DNA from: Escherichia phage SD2
DNA: 64,000 nt
Sequence record: PQ821640
Strand: one strand, 5' to 3'
Part shown: one piece after another, positions 33,410 to 43,389 of the stretch
Position numbering within the stretch: the first letter of the stretch is position 1
Layout: each line of letters opens with the position of its first letter
Translations under genes and position numbers: made by a program
Notes under the pieces: model-generated
Databases searched by the model: none
What the model was told of the DNA's origin: nothing
Seen by the model: only the letters and a program-made list of their open reading frames with translations

Positions 33410-36285
33410 TGTCAAGAATTAAGCACAGAATTGACAATGTTTTTCAACTGATCGATGGACATATTCAGTTCTTAGATCGTAATACAGGTTTAACTGTAGA
33501 TCCTACAGTGCAACACTATGTATTAAACCCACAAAACGTTCTAGCTAATAACAGACACTTTATAAACTGGACTGCTCAAGAAGGGCAACCAAACGGGGAT
33601 GCTACAACAGAAGGTCAATCCGTGCTTATTCTTGGTTGCGCTTATGCATACCTGGCTTCCGGCGATACAAAGTATTTAGACTCTGCTAAAAAATATTGGC
33701 AAGCATATATAGATTACTTCTTTGGTGGTCAACCTATCCCAGATCCGCCAGCAAAATATCGCCCTAACTGGATTATTAACGGTAAAGAACCGCGTCTTGC
33801 ACACTATCCTCTTACAGATGATGGCTACCCTACACACGGAGGTTTTAAGGGTAGCTTAATGACGTGGACTAACGGTAGAACAGTTATTCCTCATGGTGCT
33901 CCTCATTGGGGAGAATACCTTGACAAAGCATGGTTTGCTTTTAATGGTAATCTAGGATGGAACTCTGTAAACGCTACAGTATATGCTGTTAATGCAGATG
34001 GTACAACAGATTGGTCTAAGAAGGGAGATCAATGGGATGTTGATTGGATCATTGATCGTCTAGGACGTAAAGTTGACTGGGATGGGAATATCTTAGAAGA
34101 AGGTTTTCCAACATCTCAATACGGAACAGTTCAACTAAAAAATACTTCTGTAAACGGTACATATAAATTTAACTACGCGACTTGTAACCCTGTTGAACAC
34201 GGTGGTTATTTAATGGAGCGTAACACTATGTGGCATAACAGACCAGTTAACGTTCCGGTAGAAATGGGCTTTCAGGATAATGCGTCAGATGCTGAAACTT
34301 GGTGGTGTGATGCTAATTACCTGATGTACCAAATTACAGGAGAAAGAAAATATTGGCTATGCTGGCAGTCTTCACTGTTAGTGTGTCAAGATTACTCAAA
34401 CATTGATATGTTTGATAAATTCTTCCGTAAGTCTACATATGCAACTATCCCGTTTACAGATGGCATCTCTTACGATTATTCGTATCCATCTACAGCAATA
34501 CCTAAATATTCAAGAGATACTTTAGGCTATATTGTTATTAGACAAGATGTTGCTGCTCAAACAACATTAGAACAGCAAGCCATTTGGTTTAAAGTTGATC
34601 AGAACTCTAAGTTACGAGTCCAGTTTCAAGGTGTAGATGACGCAGGACATGGTATTCTTTTCCGTCCAGAGTTGGAATTAAGTAAGACCAAAGATGAAAA
34701 TAACACAGTAACTTACCGTTGTGGCTTACCACTGGGTACAGCTCATATGACAAGCATGGATATTCCACTATCCAGCTTTATGAGAAGCACCCCTCCGAAT
34801 GGTGGAACATATATTATCGCAGACCCGCGAATTATTGTTGACTGGGGTGACAATACTGTGGTACAATATAAGTATGTAACAGGTATTGCTGGAACTAATA
34901 ATGACCAGATTGTTACTGCATCAATGGATACGGATGGTGGTATCACTGTTGGTTTTTGGTTAACTCCTACATCAAAAGCTAATGTTAAGTCTATCACATA
35001 TAGAACATATGAAGATGATTTTAACATGACTATCACGGATGCTCAAGGTTGGAGATGGTGGGCTATGCTGCCTAAAACGCAAGGAGCATGGAGTACGAAG
35101 ACTTTATCAGCTTCTGATTTTCAGTTAAGTGCTTACCAGCCTAATCATCCAGATACAGATCCTAAACCTTCGGCAATAAATCTTACTGCGGTAGATCAGG
35201 TAAATTTAGTTCTAGATACGGCTCCTGTCAATGGTTTAACAGGAACAATAGATTTCTATTGTATTAACGATGTACCTGAAAGATATTCATCATCTTCTGG
35301 TGATGATTATACCATGTACTTCCGTATCACTGTACAGGCTTCAAGTCCTCATACTGCTAAGTTAGGTGATTGTACTATTATTGACTATAAGTTAAATAGT
35401 CTTAATTACACACCAGGAATAATTCCATTCTCTAATATCAGTGACCCAAACACTGCATTATACGATGGATGGCGTGGTATTCCATACCCAGGATACCAGT
35501 ATCCTTCCTTATACTGTTTCGCAGGTAGGGATATTGATTGGACACGTTTAAACAACAGTATTGATTTCTTGTATGATGCTCAAATGTGGTTTTATAACAC
35601 GTTTGATCCTGTGATGCCTGGGCCTATGGCACAAGCATATGTGTGGGATCGTTGGGATGCAAGAAAATACGGTGAACCGAATACGTTTACAATGAAACAC
35701 TGGAATGAAAAAGCGTGGGATGGTTATGAAGCTCGTGCATTTTACTGTGCTTGCCATGCAGTATACGAACTTGTACAAAGAGGAGAAACACCTCCTGAAA
35801 AACTAGTAACAGTTTGTAAAAATTGGATCAACTATCTTAAATGGTTCCAAGACAATAATGATGGAAGAACACCAACTATCTTTAACCCAGATGGTACAGT
35901 TCTTGCACCTATAGATGACTTTACTAGTCATATGTCTGCACTGTTTATGGCGGGTTGTTCAATCATGGGTTTGGCAGGTTATGATTCACAAATTCCAAAC
36001 ATTGGTATTGTAGCAGACAGATGTTTTGATCTGATTCAGCAAAACTATATTGTGCTTTCCCCTAACCATCCGATGAATGGTTCTTGGAGTGTTGCACCGC
36101 GTCCAGATTCAGATAACGGAATGTTCTTTGGTTTCCATGCTGGAGAACTATTACGTGGTTTTGGTTTATATGCCTTGTATCGTAAACTAAACCCTCAAAA
36201 CGCTTTACCAATTTTGGACAATAGTAACATACCGACACTAACTGTTCTAACTATGAATGATATTAGTGTTGATGTAACCAAATAA
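33409..36285 (+). CDS. large tail-associated protein with alpha/alpha-barrel glycoside-hydrolase-like segments (candidate depolymerase)
   Basis: 958 aa; segments LILGCAYAYLASGDTKYLDSAKKYWQAY and WWCDANYLMYQITGERKYW resemble (alpha/alpha)6 barrel enzymes. Confidence 0.4.
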   Translation: MSRIKHRIDNVFQLIDGHIQFLDRNTGLTVDPTVQHYVLNPQNVLANNRHFINWTAQEGQPNGDATTEGQSVLILGCAYAYLASGDTKYLDSAKKYWQAYIDYFFGGQPIPDPPAKYRPNWIINGKEPRLAHYPLTDDGYPTHGGFKGSLMTWTNGRTVIPHGAPHWGEYLDKAWFAFNGNLGWNSVNATVYAVNADGTTDWSKKGDQWDVDWIIDRLGRKVDWDGNILEEGFPTSQYGTVQLKNTSVNGTYKFNYATCNPVEHGGYLMERNTMWHNRPVNVPVEMGFQDNASDAETWWCDANYLMYQITGERKYWLCWQSSLLVCQDYSNIDMFDKFFRKSTYATIPFTDGISYDYSYPSTAIPKYSRDTLGYIVIRQDVAAQTTLEQQAIWFKVDQNSKLRVQFQGVDDAGHGILFRPELELSKTKDENNTVTYRCGLPLGTAHMTSMDIPLSSFMRSTPPNGGTYIIADPRIIVDWGDNTVVQYKYVTGIAGTNNDQIVTASMDTDGGITVGFWLTPTSKANVKSITYRTYEDDFNMTITDAQGWRWWAMLPKTQGAWSTKTLSASDFQLSAYQPNHPDTDPKPSAINLTAVDQVNLVLDTAPVNGLTGTIDFYCINDVPERYSSSSGDDYTMYFRITVQASSPHTAKLGDCTIIDYKLNSLNYTPGIIPFSNISDPNTALYDGWRGIPYPGYQYPSLYCFAGRDIDWTRLNNSIDFLYDAQMWFYNTFDPVMPGPMAQAYVWDRWDARKYGEPNTFTMKHWNEKAWDGYEARAFYCACHAVYELVQRGETPPEKLVTVCKNWINYLKWFQDNNDGRTPTIFNPDGTVLAPIDDFTSHMSALFMAGCSIMGLAGYDSQIPNIGIVADRCFDLIQQNYIVLSPNHPMNGSWSVAPRPDSDNGMFFGFHAGELLRGFGLYALYRKLNPQNALPILDNSNIPTLTVLTMNDISVDVTK

Positions 36286-36293
36286 GGAAAATA

Positions 36294-38453
36294 ATGAAAC
36301 AGGCTATTTTTACTGTAACTCGAAATACGAGAGTAAATGCCAGTTCATTCAGCTATAAGACCGTCGATGGAACGGCGGTCGCTGGTAGAGATTATGTAGC
36401 TAAACAGGGAACAGTAACGTTCCCTTCTGATGCAGATTCTGCTACTGTAGTGGTTGATGTATATGAACGTCCGGCAAACTCTTTAGATCTTTATTTTACT
36501 CTTGAGATTACTAGCATAAGTCAAAATAACATGATGATCAATGAAGAAATTCGTTGTGTTATTACGACTAATCAATCGAATACAACCCCGCTAACTTGGC
36601 CTGTTGTGAAGTCTAGAATGTTTGATCCTAAGTTTTGGACAATAGATTCTCAAGCAACAGAAAGTTGTTCTATTATCTCTAATGGTGATTCTTTCACAGC
36701 AAGAATGGTTAATAGGACAGTGGCTGGTCTTGCTGGGATTATTTGGTCAACTTACGATAAATATGATCACAAAGGATTAGGCTACCAAGAACATTCTGAC
36801 TTAAGTAAAGAGAAACTTTGGTTTAAGATGGAACTTAGTCAAGGTGTTCCTGGATTAAAAGAAGAAAAATTATTGCCATCCTTAACAGTGACACTGAAGG
36901 ATGAAACAGTTCATTATGTATCTCTAAACTTTTATGCAGAAGAAGTTTCAGAGGATGGTAAAACAGCAACAATCAAATTAGATTTCTCAAACTTAAAATC
37001 GGGGCCAGAAAATAATATTGTTGTTGACACTACACAAATAGATAATATGTTCTTCTCCTTGATCTCAACGAGGTATCAAGAAATTGAAGATATTATTCCT
37101 GTGGATAATGTGGATCTTTCCTTTAAGTTTACCATACTGGAGCCTGATACTGGTTACAGTATGATGAATATGGGTAATTTAAATGTTCCAGCACACACCA
37201 TAAGAATGTGTACATCTTATGATGATATGTATAACCTGACCCCAGAGCGAGTTATTTCTAACACCTATAGATTAGGTTATAGGGATATGATTAACCACTA
37301 TAATGGTATGTCACACTATTATCAGTTTAGTTGGGATGCTGGTTCTAATAAATGGGCTTTGAATAGAACAGAATATTTAAACCCAGCAACAGAAGCATGG
37401 TTTGATAATTTCCACGCTAATGCAAAAGCTATGGGCTACACAGTAATGAATTCCTTAAGTTTTGAACTTATGAGTACAGTGTGTCCTGTAGAATGGGTAC
37501 AACATACTTGGAATGATGATCTTGCTGCTACAGGTTATGAGCCACCAAGTTATGTATTATCTCCTTCGATTGATGAAGGGATGAATTATTTACAAGGTGT
37601 GATAAATAAGATAGCCTCTATATCCGCTGCTAATGATCTTCCGGTTATTATTCAGGTTGGTGAACCGTGGTGGTGGTATAACACAGCTACCAATCTACCG
37701 TGTATTTATGATTATACAACCAAAGTTGCATTTAATAATGAAACTGGATTATATGCACAAGATGTTGGTACAGTTAAGAATTATAAAACTGGTACACCAT
37801 ATGATGAATATTATGCATTCCTATCTAAAACATTAGGACTGCGTGTTGCTAAATTTGCAACAGATACTAGATTAGCATATCCTGGAGCAAAAGTTACATT
37901 GTTACCATTTGTGCCATCCATTTTGGGTAATGGTATGATGGAGTTTGTTAACTTCCCTAAAGATTATTATATCCCAGAAAACTTTGACTTTTATTGTTCA
38001 GAATGTTATGACTGGTTGTTGGAAGGTAAGATGGAAAAATCTTTCGACGCTATCACAATACCTAATGAGCAACTAGGTTTTAGTTACGATAAGATACATT
38101 ATCTTGCAGGGTTTGTTCCAGATGCAACTCTAGCACCATTATATGGCTTTGATCCTGAATCAAACTATAGAACATATTTGTGGAAAATGATTATAGGTAA
38201 TATTGTATTGAATGACCAGAAGTTTGTTGGTTTATATCAATACATATGGGCTTACCCACAAATAATGCATGATTCAATAACTGTTCTTAATTCAAAATCC
38301 CAAGTGTTTTATATGGGTAATGTGCCTTTGAATTGCTACTTGCAAGATATCACTCTTAAACAGGTAAATGTTGAGATTGCCACTATAAGTGGAATTACAT
38401 TAGCCACTAAATCTGGAGAAGATTTAGTAACAACACAAAAATTTTATATATAG
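36294..38453 (+). CDS. large tail fibre or baseplate protein with Calx-beta-like N-terminal segment
   Basis: N-terminal DGTAVAGRDYVAKQGTVTF resembles a Calx-beta motif; 719 aa. Confidence 0.35.
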   Translation: MKQAIFTVTRNTRVNASSFSYKTVDGTAVAGRDYVAKQGTVTFPSDADSATVVVDVYERPANSLDLYFTLEITSISQNNMMINEEIRCVITTNQSNTTPLTWPVVKSRMFDPKFWTIDSQATESCSIISNGDSFTARMVNRTVAGLAGIIWSTYDKYDHKGLGYQEHSDLSKEKLWFKMELSQGVPGLKEEKLLPSLTVTLKDETVHYVSLNFYAEEVSEDGKTATIKLDFSNLKSGPENNIVVDTTQIDNMFFSLISTRYQEIEDIIPVDNVDLSFKFTILEPDTGYSMMNMGNLNVPAHTIRMCTSYDDMYNLTPERVISNTYRLGYRDMINHYNGMSHYYQFSWDAGSNKWALNRTEYLNPATEAWFDNFHANAKAMGYTVMNSLSFELMSTVCPVEWVQHTWNDDLAATGYEPPSYVLSPSIDEGMNYLQGVINKIASISAANDLPVIIQVGEPWWWYNTATNLPCIYDYTTKVAFNNETGLYAQDVGTVKNYKTGTPYDEYYAFLSKTLGLRVAKFATDTRLAYPGAKVTLLPFVPSILGNGMMEFVNFPKDYYIPENFDFYCSECYDWLLEGKMEKSFDAITIPNEQLGFSYDKIHYLAGFVPDATLAPLYGFDPESNYRTYLWKMIIGNIVLNDQKFVGLYQYIWAYPQIMHDSITVLNSKSQVFYMGNVPLNCYLQDITLKQVNVEIATISGITLATKSGEDLVTTQKFYI

Positions 38454-38461
38454 GAGTAAAA

Positions 38462-40810
38462 ATGTCAACTACAATTACTAATTTACCCGAAACATCAAAA
38501 GTTAATGATTCTGATTACCTGGTTTTAGACCAACCTGATAAGACTGTTAAAAGCACAGTTTCCAACTTTCTTACTGACACTGGGGTGGTTTTAGCCACCC
38601 AGCTAGAAGATATTTCTGGAGCTACCAAGTATCCAGAACTTCAAATGTCGCGCTGGAGAGATGAAGGTGATGTTCGTGGGTGGGGTGCAAAGGTTGATGG
38701 TGTAACAGATGACTCTGATGCATTGATTGCAGCAATTAACTCTGGTCGTTCTAAATTGATCTTACCAGCAGGACGTTGTGTTATCTCTAAAACTTTAGAG
38801 ATTCCTGCCGGGGTAACTCTTGAAGGGCAGGGTATTGATTATTGGGATACTTGGCGTCCTGATGAAACTCGTTTGTTGAAGAGTTGGGATAAAGGAACCC
38901 ATATTGTAGTAACTGGTACAGGTCTTCGTAATAAGACGTTTGGTAACTTATCTAATGAACGTCCTGTTAAAACTGTATCCGGTACTGTCTGTGAGTTTAC
39001 TAAGTTTACTAATGAAGATGCATCAGGTACTACTCCAGCCACGTTGAAGTCATTCAGTGTAGCTGTGTCTGTAACCCATGCATCCCAGTTAAAGAACTTA
39101 CGTATTCTACTCAATAATGATGGTATTGATGGATATAACGATTTTGTCTCTACAGCTTTGGGTGATGATTGGGACATTGGTCTGCATGTATATGATAGTT
39201 CAGAAGCTGTTGTTGAGAATGTTCAGGTATGCGGTTACTGGAGAGTTGCAGGTACTCTGCTAACAGAGAATGATGGTTCCTTCACTATGATAGGGAATCC
39301 AGAAAGAACTCGATTCAATCGTTTCTTTACTCAGGGTATCCGTGGTCTGTTGATTCGTAATAGTCCACAGATTGATGTAGTTAGTAATACAACTGACTCT
39401 GTTACGTTTAAGAAACAGACCTCTTTACGTATTACTGCAACTAACTCATTCAGAATCCCTGGTAGTGCAACACAATATGTATTCACCGGTTCTACTACTG
39501 ATGGTACTAACATTACTTTGACTGGAGTTACACCAGCATTGCCAGTATCTATTGGGGTTATTCGTTTCCCTAATATTGGGAATAACTTCTCTGGTACTGT
39601 GTTTGAGAATACTGTTACTACAAGTTTTGAACACTCGTCTGGTAAATCATCGGATACACTTGGTCTGCCTGTAGCATTCGCTATGGAGATTGATGGTTAT
39701 CCTATGCGTAACCTTCGCTTCGATAAGTTTAAAGCACAGACTACCTTTGATAAGGGTAATACCCTATTTGGTGATTGCCGTGACATTAAGATTACTTCTT
39801 CTGAATTTGAGAATGGTTTAGTAGTAGCTTATAGCCTTGCAGAGACTCAAGGGTATACAGGTAACCTTCGTCTGTTTGCATCTGATCTTCAGGCATCTAC
39901 TGATACAACTGGATTTAATCCAAGAGATGCATTCTTAGATAATAAACAGATTAAGACAGACTTTACCGATGGTTCCTTTATTTTGAAGAACTGGCGAGAT
40001 ACCAATACACGAATTCAGTTCTCTGATGGTAGTGATGGTATTGTCATGCGAGAAGGAGCAAGTGAAGCATCTCCTGGCGGGTACTATATGTATACCAAGG
40101 ATGGATTACGTTGGCTTTCCCTGAATGGTGTAACCAAAGGAATAGATTTCGCTGTCTCCAACGGCAGTATTAAATATGCTACTGACAACAGTGTGGTATT
40201 TAACTGGTACGGTGCATCTGGAAACATGAACTTTAAAGGTACTATTTCCCCTCTGGTAGATAATTCTAAATCATTGGGTACAGGTACATTCCGTTGGTCA
40301 CAGTTGTTTGCTGGTAGTGGTACTATCAATACATCTGATGCAAGAGAGAAAACAACTCCTCATGCTATTACGGATGATATATTAGATGCTTGGGGTGATG
40401 TATCTATTATTGCTTTCCAATGGCTTAACATGGTTAAAGCTAAAGGTGGTGATAGTGCTCGTTGGCATTTTGGCGTTATTGCTCAACAGGTCAGAGATGC
40501 ATTCAATGCGCATGGTATTGATGGAACCAGATTGGGTCTGCTTTGCTATGACGAATGGGAAGACCAATACGAACCTGTAATGGCTACTCGTGATGTTGTA
40601 ACCCGTATTGAAGTTTCTGAGGGAGTATTCGTAGAAAGAGTCACTCAAGAAGAATATGATACTGGTGAGACTAAGTTAGTTGTTGCAGCAGGTAGTCGTT
40701 GGGGTATTCGTCCAGATCAATGTGCTTGGTTAGAGGCTGCTTACCAACGTAGACGTAGTGATAGAATTGAAGAACGTTTAGCTGCTTTAGAGAAACGTTT
40801 ATCAAATTAA
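38462..40810 (+). CDS. tailspike with pectate-lyase-like beta-helix and C-terminal self-cleaving chaperone domain
   Basis: WGAKVDGVTDDSDALIAAIN motif; C-terminal SDAREK cleavage-site motif followed by a conserved chaperone-like tail ending RLAALEKRL. Confidence 0.65.
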   Translation: MSTTITNLPETSKVNDSDYLVLDQPDKTVKSTVSNFLTDTGVVLATQLEDISGATKYPELQMSRWRDEGDVRGWGAKVDGVTDDSDALIAAINSGRSKLILPAGRCVISKTLEIPAGVTLEGQGIDYWDTWRPDETRLLKSWDKGTHIVVTGTGLRNKTFGNLSNERPVKTVSGTVCEFTKFTNEDASGTTPATLKSFSVAVSVTHASQLKNLRILLNNDGIDGYNDFVSTALGDDWDIGLHVYDSSEAVVENVQVCGYWRVAGTLLTENDGSFTMIGNPERTRFNRFFTQGIRGLLIRNSPQIDVVSNTTDSVTFKKQTSLRITATNSFRIPGSATQYVFTGSTTDGTNITLTGVTPALPVSIGVIRFPNIGNNFSGTVFENTVTTSFEHSSGKSSDTLGLPVAFAMEIDGYPMRNLRFDKFKAQTTFDKGNTLFGDCRDIKITSSEFENGLVVAYSLAETQGYTGNLRLFASDLQASTDTTGFNPRDAFLDNKQIKTDFTDGSFILKNWRDTNTRIQFSDGSDGIVMREGASEASPGGYYMYTKDGLRWLSLNGVTKGIDFAVSNGSIKYATDNSVVFNWYGASGNMNFKGTISPLVDNSKSLGTGTFRWSQLFAGSGTINTSDAREKTTPHAITDDILDAWGDVSIIAFQWLNMVKAKGGDSARWHFGVIAQQVRDAFNAHGIDGTRLGLLCYDEWEDQYEPVMATRDVVTRIEVSEGVFVERVTQEEYDTGETKLVVAAGSRWGIRPDQCAWLEAAYQRRRSDRIEERLAALEKRLSN

Positions 40811-40820
40811 GCAAGCAAGG

Positions 40821-41015
40821 ATGCTTGCTCCTACTAGAAAAATAAAGAGGTACTATAAGGAGACGCAAAGGGCGTATTCCCTACCTGCTGATATTGCCCC
40901 AGGTACTACTGCCATTAGTCTTAGTGCTGCTGTACTTGTGCATTCAGCGGGTTCTGTAGACCTTGGGGAATTAGCTGTATCTCGTGATTTAAAAAGTAAT
41001 GAGAACGCATTATGA
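40821..41015 (+). CDS. hypothetical small protein (64 aa)
   Basis: Short ORF; start overlaps a hairpin. Confidence 0.25.
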   Translation: MLAPTRKIKRYYKETQRAYSLPADIAPGTTAISLSAAVLVHSAGSVDLGELAVSRDLKSNENAL

Positions 41016-41257
41016 GAAAGTTTTTAATCGGAATGTTTTGTACATATCCTGATAATAAAGTCAGCTCTACTAAAGTTTGGAATGCTATTGGTATGATTGT
41101 TATGTCCAGTATGTTTATTTATTTGGGAATTGATAAAGAAATTCCTGAATGGATGGGCTGGGCTTTTGTTTTTATGATCACACCATCCAGACTAATGAAG
41201 AATTTAATAGATTTACGTTGGGGTAGATCACCTGCCCCTGATAAGGAGGATAACTAA
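41012..41257 (+). CDS. holin-like small membrane protein (81 aa)
   Basis: Two hydrophobic segments (VWNAIGMIVMSSMFIYLGI and WMGWAFVFMITP) and charged C-terminus. Confidence 0.35.
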   Translation: MRKFLIGMFCTYPDNKVSSTKVWNAIGMIVMSSMFIYLGIDKEIPEWMGWAFVFMITPSRLMKNLIDLRWGRSPAPDKEDN

Positions 41258-42744
41258 TGGCAGATTATGGTTTAACAGATGCTGGTTTTGTCATTCCAAC
41301 GTTTGATGATATTTTAAATAATTATATGACAGCATTGAAAAACACTTTCGGTGCAGATACAGCTACATCCGAAGATACTGTCTTTGGTCAACTGTTTCGT
41401 ATTATTGCATATACAGATTACACCCTTTGGGAAGGTATGCAAGGTGTTTACAATACCCAAACCTTAGATGGTGCAGAAGGTATTTACCTTGATGAAATTT
41501 TCTCTAAAAGGGGTTTTTATCGTAAAGCTGCTTCTGCTGGTAGTGGTTATGCTTATGTTAAATCTAACAATAAGGCAGCTTGGACTTATGAACTAAGCAC
41601 AGATGTTTATTTTAATGCCGATAACGATTTGACATATTATGTCAGTGCACCAACAATGTTGAATGCTAAGATTGGAGCATATACCATTTCTAAAGCAAAC
41701 GCAACAGCTTCTGGTGAAACTTCTATTACTTTCTACATTCAAAGTGCTATTGATGGTGGTCTTAACAGTAAAACACTAAGTCCTAGCAATACAAACTTTA
41801 TTGTAGATCTCACGAATTTCATTAAAGCTAACGTATCAACAACAGATCGTGCTTTAGTATGGAATGATGCGAGTAATGTTTATATGGGTTATAATCCAGA
41901 AGATAATGTTAACCCAATAGGTCTAGTAACACCAGTGAAATTTTATGCATCCATTGCAATTGGTACAAAATGGAGTGAAATTCCAGTTACGTGTTCAGAC
42001 GTTGGTTATAATCCAGTAGGTACAGAAAGTATTACAGGTATTTCTTCAACGTTTACAGGCTTTTTAGATACAGGTAACTTCTATCCTTTCTCTCCAGGTA
42101 CAGATGTTGAAACAGATGCAGAATTCCGTTCTCGTTTCAATGATAATATGGATGAAGCTAATGCTGCTACTCGTGCTGCTATTGTTAAAGCTCTATTACT
42201 GACAGATGGTGTGACAAAGGTTAAGATTTATGATAACCCTACACTACACGATCAAGAACATGCTCCAGCTATGACATTCCAAACTATTGTGTACGGTGGT
42301 ACAGCAGAAGAAGTTGCACAGGTTATTTATAATACTAAGCCTATCAACACCTTAACTTATGGTACGACAGCAATTACTATCATAACAGAAGATGGTGGTC
42401 AAGAAGTAATTCGTTTTTCTCCTGGTGATAATGCGGAATACTCACTTAAACTGGTATATCAAACTGGTAATGGTAGTGTGTTAAGTACAACAGAAAGAGA
42501 AAATATTGTTTCTGCTCTTGCAAACTTACAGGCTTATTTTGAATTAGGGTCAACAGTAACTAACGACCAGATAAAAGGTGTAATTTATTCTGCACTTGCG
42601 TTCGGACGCTTGACTTCTCTCCGTGTTTATGTTAAACTTAATACTGAGGATGACAGTAAATATAATGAGGGAGATATCACTCCAGCGTACAATGTTGTAC
42701 CATCCTTTGACCTTGATAATATTTCCTACGAGTACGGAGTCTAA
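41257..42744 (+). CDS. baseplate J-like protein
   Basis: N-terminal pattern (GFVIPTFDDIL...LDGAEGIYLDEIFSKRGFYRKAASAGSGYAYV) typical of baseplate J family; followed by I-, H-, G-like genes. Confidence 0.5.
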   Translation: MADYGLTDAGFVIPTFDDILNNYMTALKNTFGADTATSEDTVFGQLFRIIAYTDYTLWEGMQGVYNTQTLDGAEGIYLDEIFSKRGFYRKAASAGSGYAYVKSNNKAAWTYELSTDVYFNADNDLTYYVSAPTMLNAKIGAYTISKANATASGETSITFYIQSAIDGGLNSKTLSPSNTNFIVDLTNFIKANVSTTDRALVWNDASNVYMGYNPEDNVNPIGLVTPVKFYASIAIGTKWSEIPVTCSDVGYNPVGTESITGISSTFTGFLDTGNFYPFSPGTDVETDAEFRSRFNDNMDEANAATRAAIVKALLLTDGVTKVKIYDNPTLHDQEHAPAMTFQTIVYGGTAEEVAQVIYNTKPINTLTYGTTAITIITEDGGQEVIRFSPGDNAEYSLKLVYQTGNGSVLSTTERENIVSALANLQAYFELGSTVTNDQIKGVIYSALAFGRLTSLRVYVKLNTEDDSKYNEGDITPAYNVVPSFDLDNISYEYGV

Positions 42745-42746
42745 AA

Positions 42747-43376
42747 ATGGCAGTGAGTGTTGACCATGTGACAACGTGGGATAGTATCAATGAAGATGTT
42801 AAAGACCTACTGATTGAAGATTTTAAATCTTCTCCGAACATTGTCAAACTACTCTATATCATTTCTAGCGAAAAACAAAAGATAGATCAGGCAATGATCT
42901 ATCTTGCCAAACACCGCTTAATCTCTACTGCAACTGGTAAGTATTTAGATCTTATTGGTGAAGAGATGGGGATGGAGAGAAATGGTGCTACGGATGAAGA
43001 GTATCGTACAATATTAAAAATCAGGGCTTATCGTGTTGCGTCTTCTGGTACGCGAGATGATATCATTGATATGTTCGCTCGTTTTACAGGAACAGAAAAA
43101 GAAACGATCAATACATACGTTGGATTAAATAAAACATTCGACGTATTCTTTTATAATTTGTGTCTACAATCCGATCAGGCAGTAGCACAGTTACTTAACG
43201 TTTTCCCGATCCTAAGTAGTTATCGCTTAGGTGCGAAAGCGGGTGCAGCCTTTGGTTTCACTTCCTATTATGCCACAAAGCCACCTCATGGTATAGGTGG
43301 TTTAGGTTCTCTTTACACAGAGGCTGAAGGAGATGATACAGGGCGAATGACTATGCTGATAGCTCAAATAGAATAA
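42747..43376 (+). CDS. baseplate protein I-like
   Basis: 209-aa ORF directly after the J-like gene. Confidence 0.4.
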   Translation: MAVSVDHVTTWDSINEDVKDLLIEDFKSSPNIVKLLYIISSEKQKIDQAMIYLAKHRLISTATGKYLDLIGEEMGMERNGATDEEYRTILKIRAYRVASSGTRDDIIDMFARFTGTEKETINTYVGLNKTFDVFFYNLCLQSDQAVAQLLNVFPILSSYRLGAKAGAAFGFTSYYATKPPHGIGGLGSLYTEAEGDDTGRMTMLIAQIE

Positions 43377-43389
43377 GGAGTTACTCTTA

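Noticed and set aside
40811-40835. Hairpin AGCAAGC-AAGGAT-GCTTGCT after the tailspike gene, considered as a terminator
   Set aside because: No downstream T-run; may be an RNA stability element but evidence is too weak to call.
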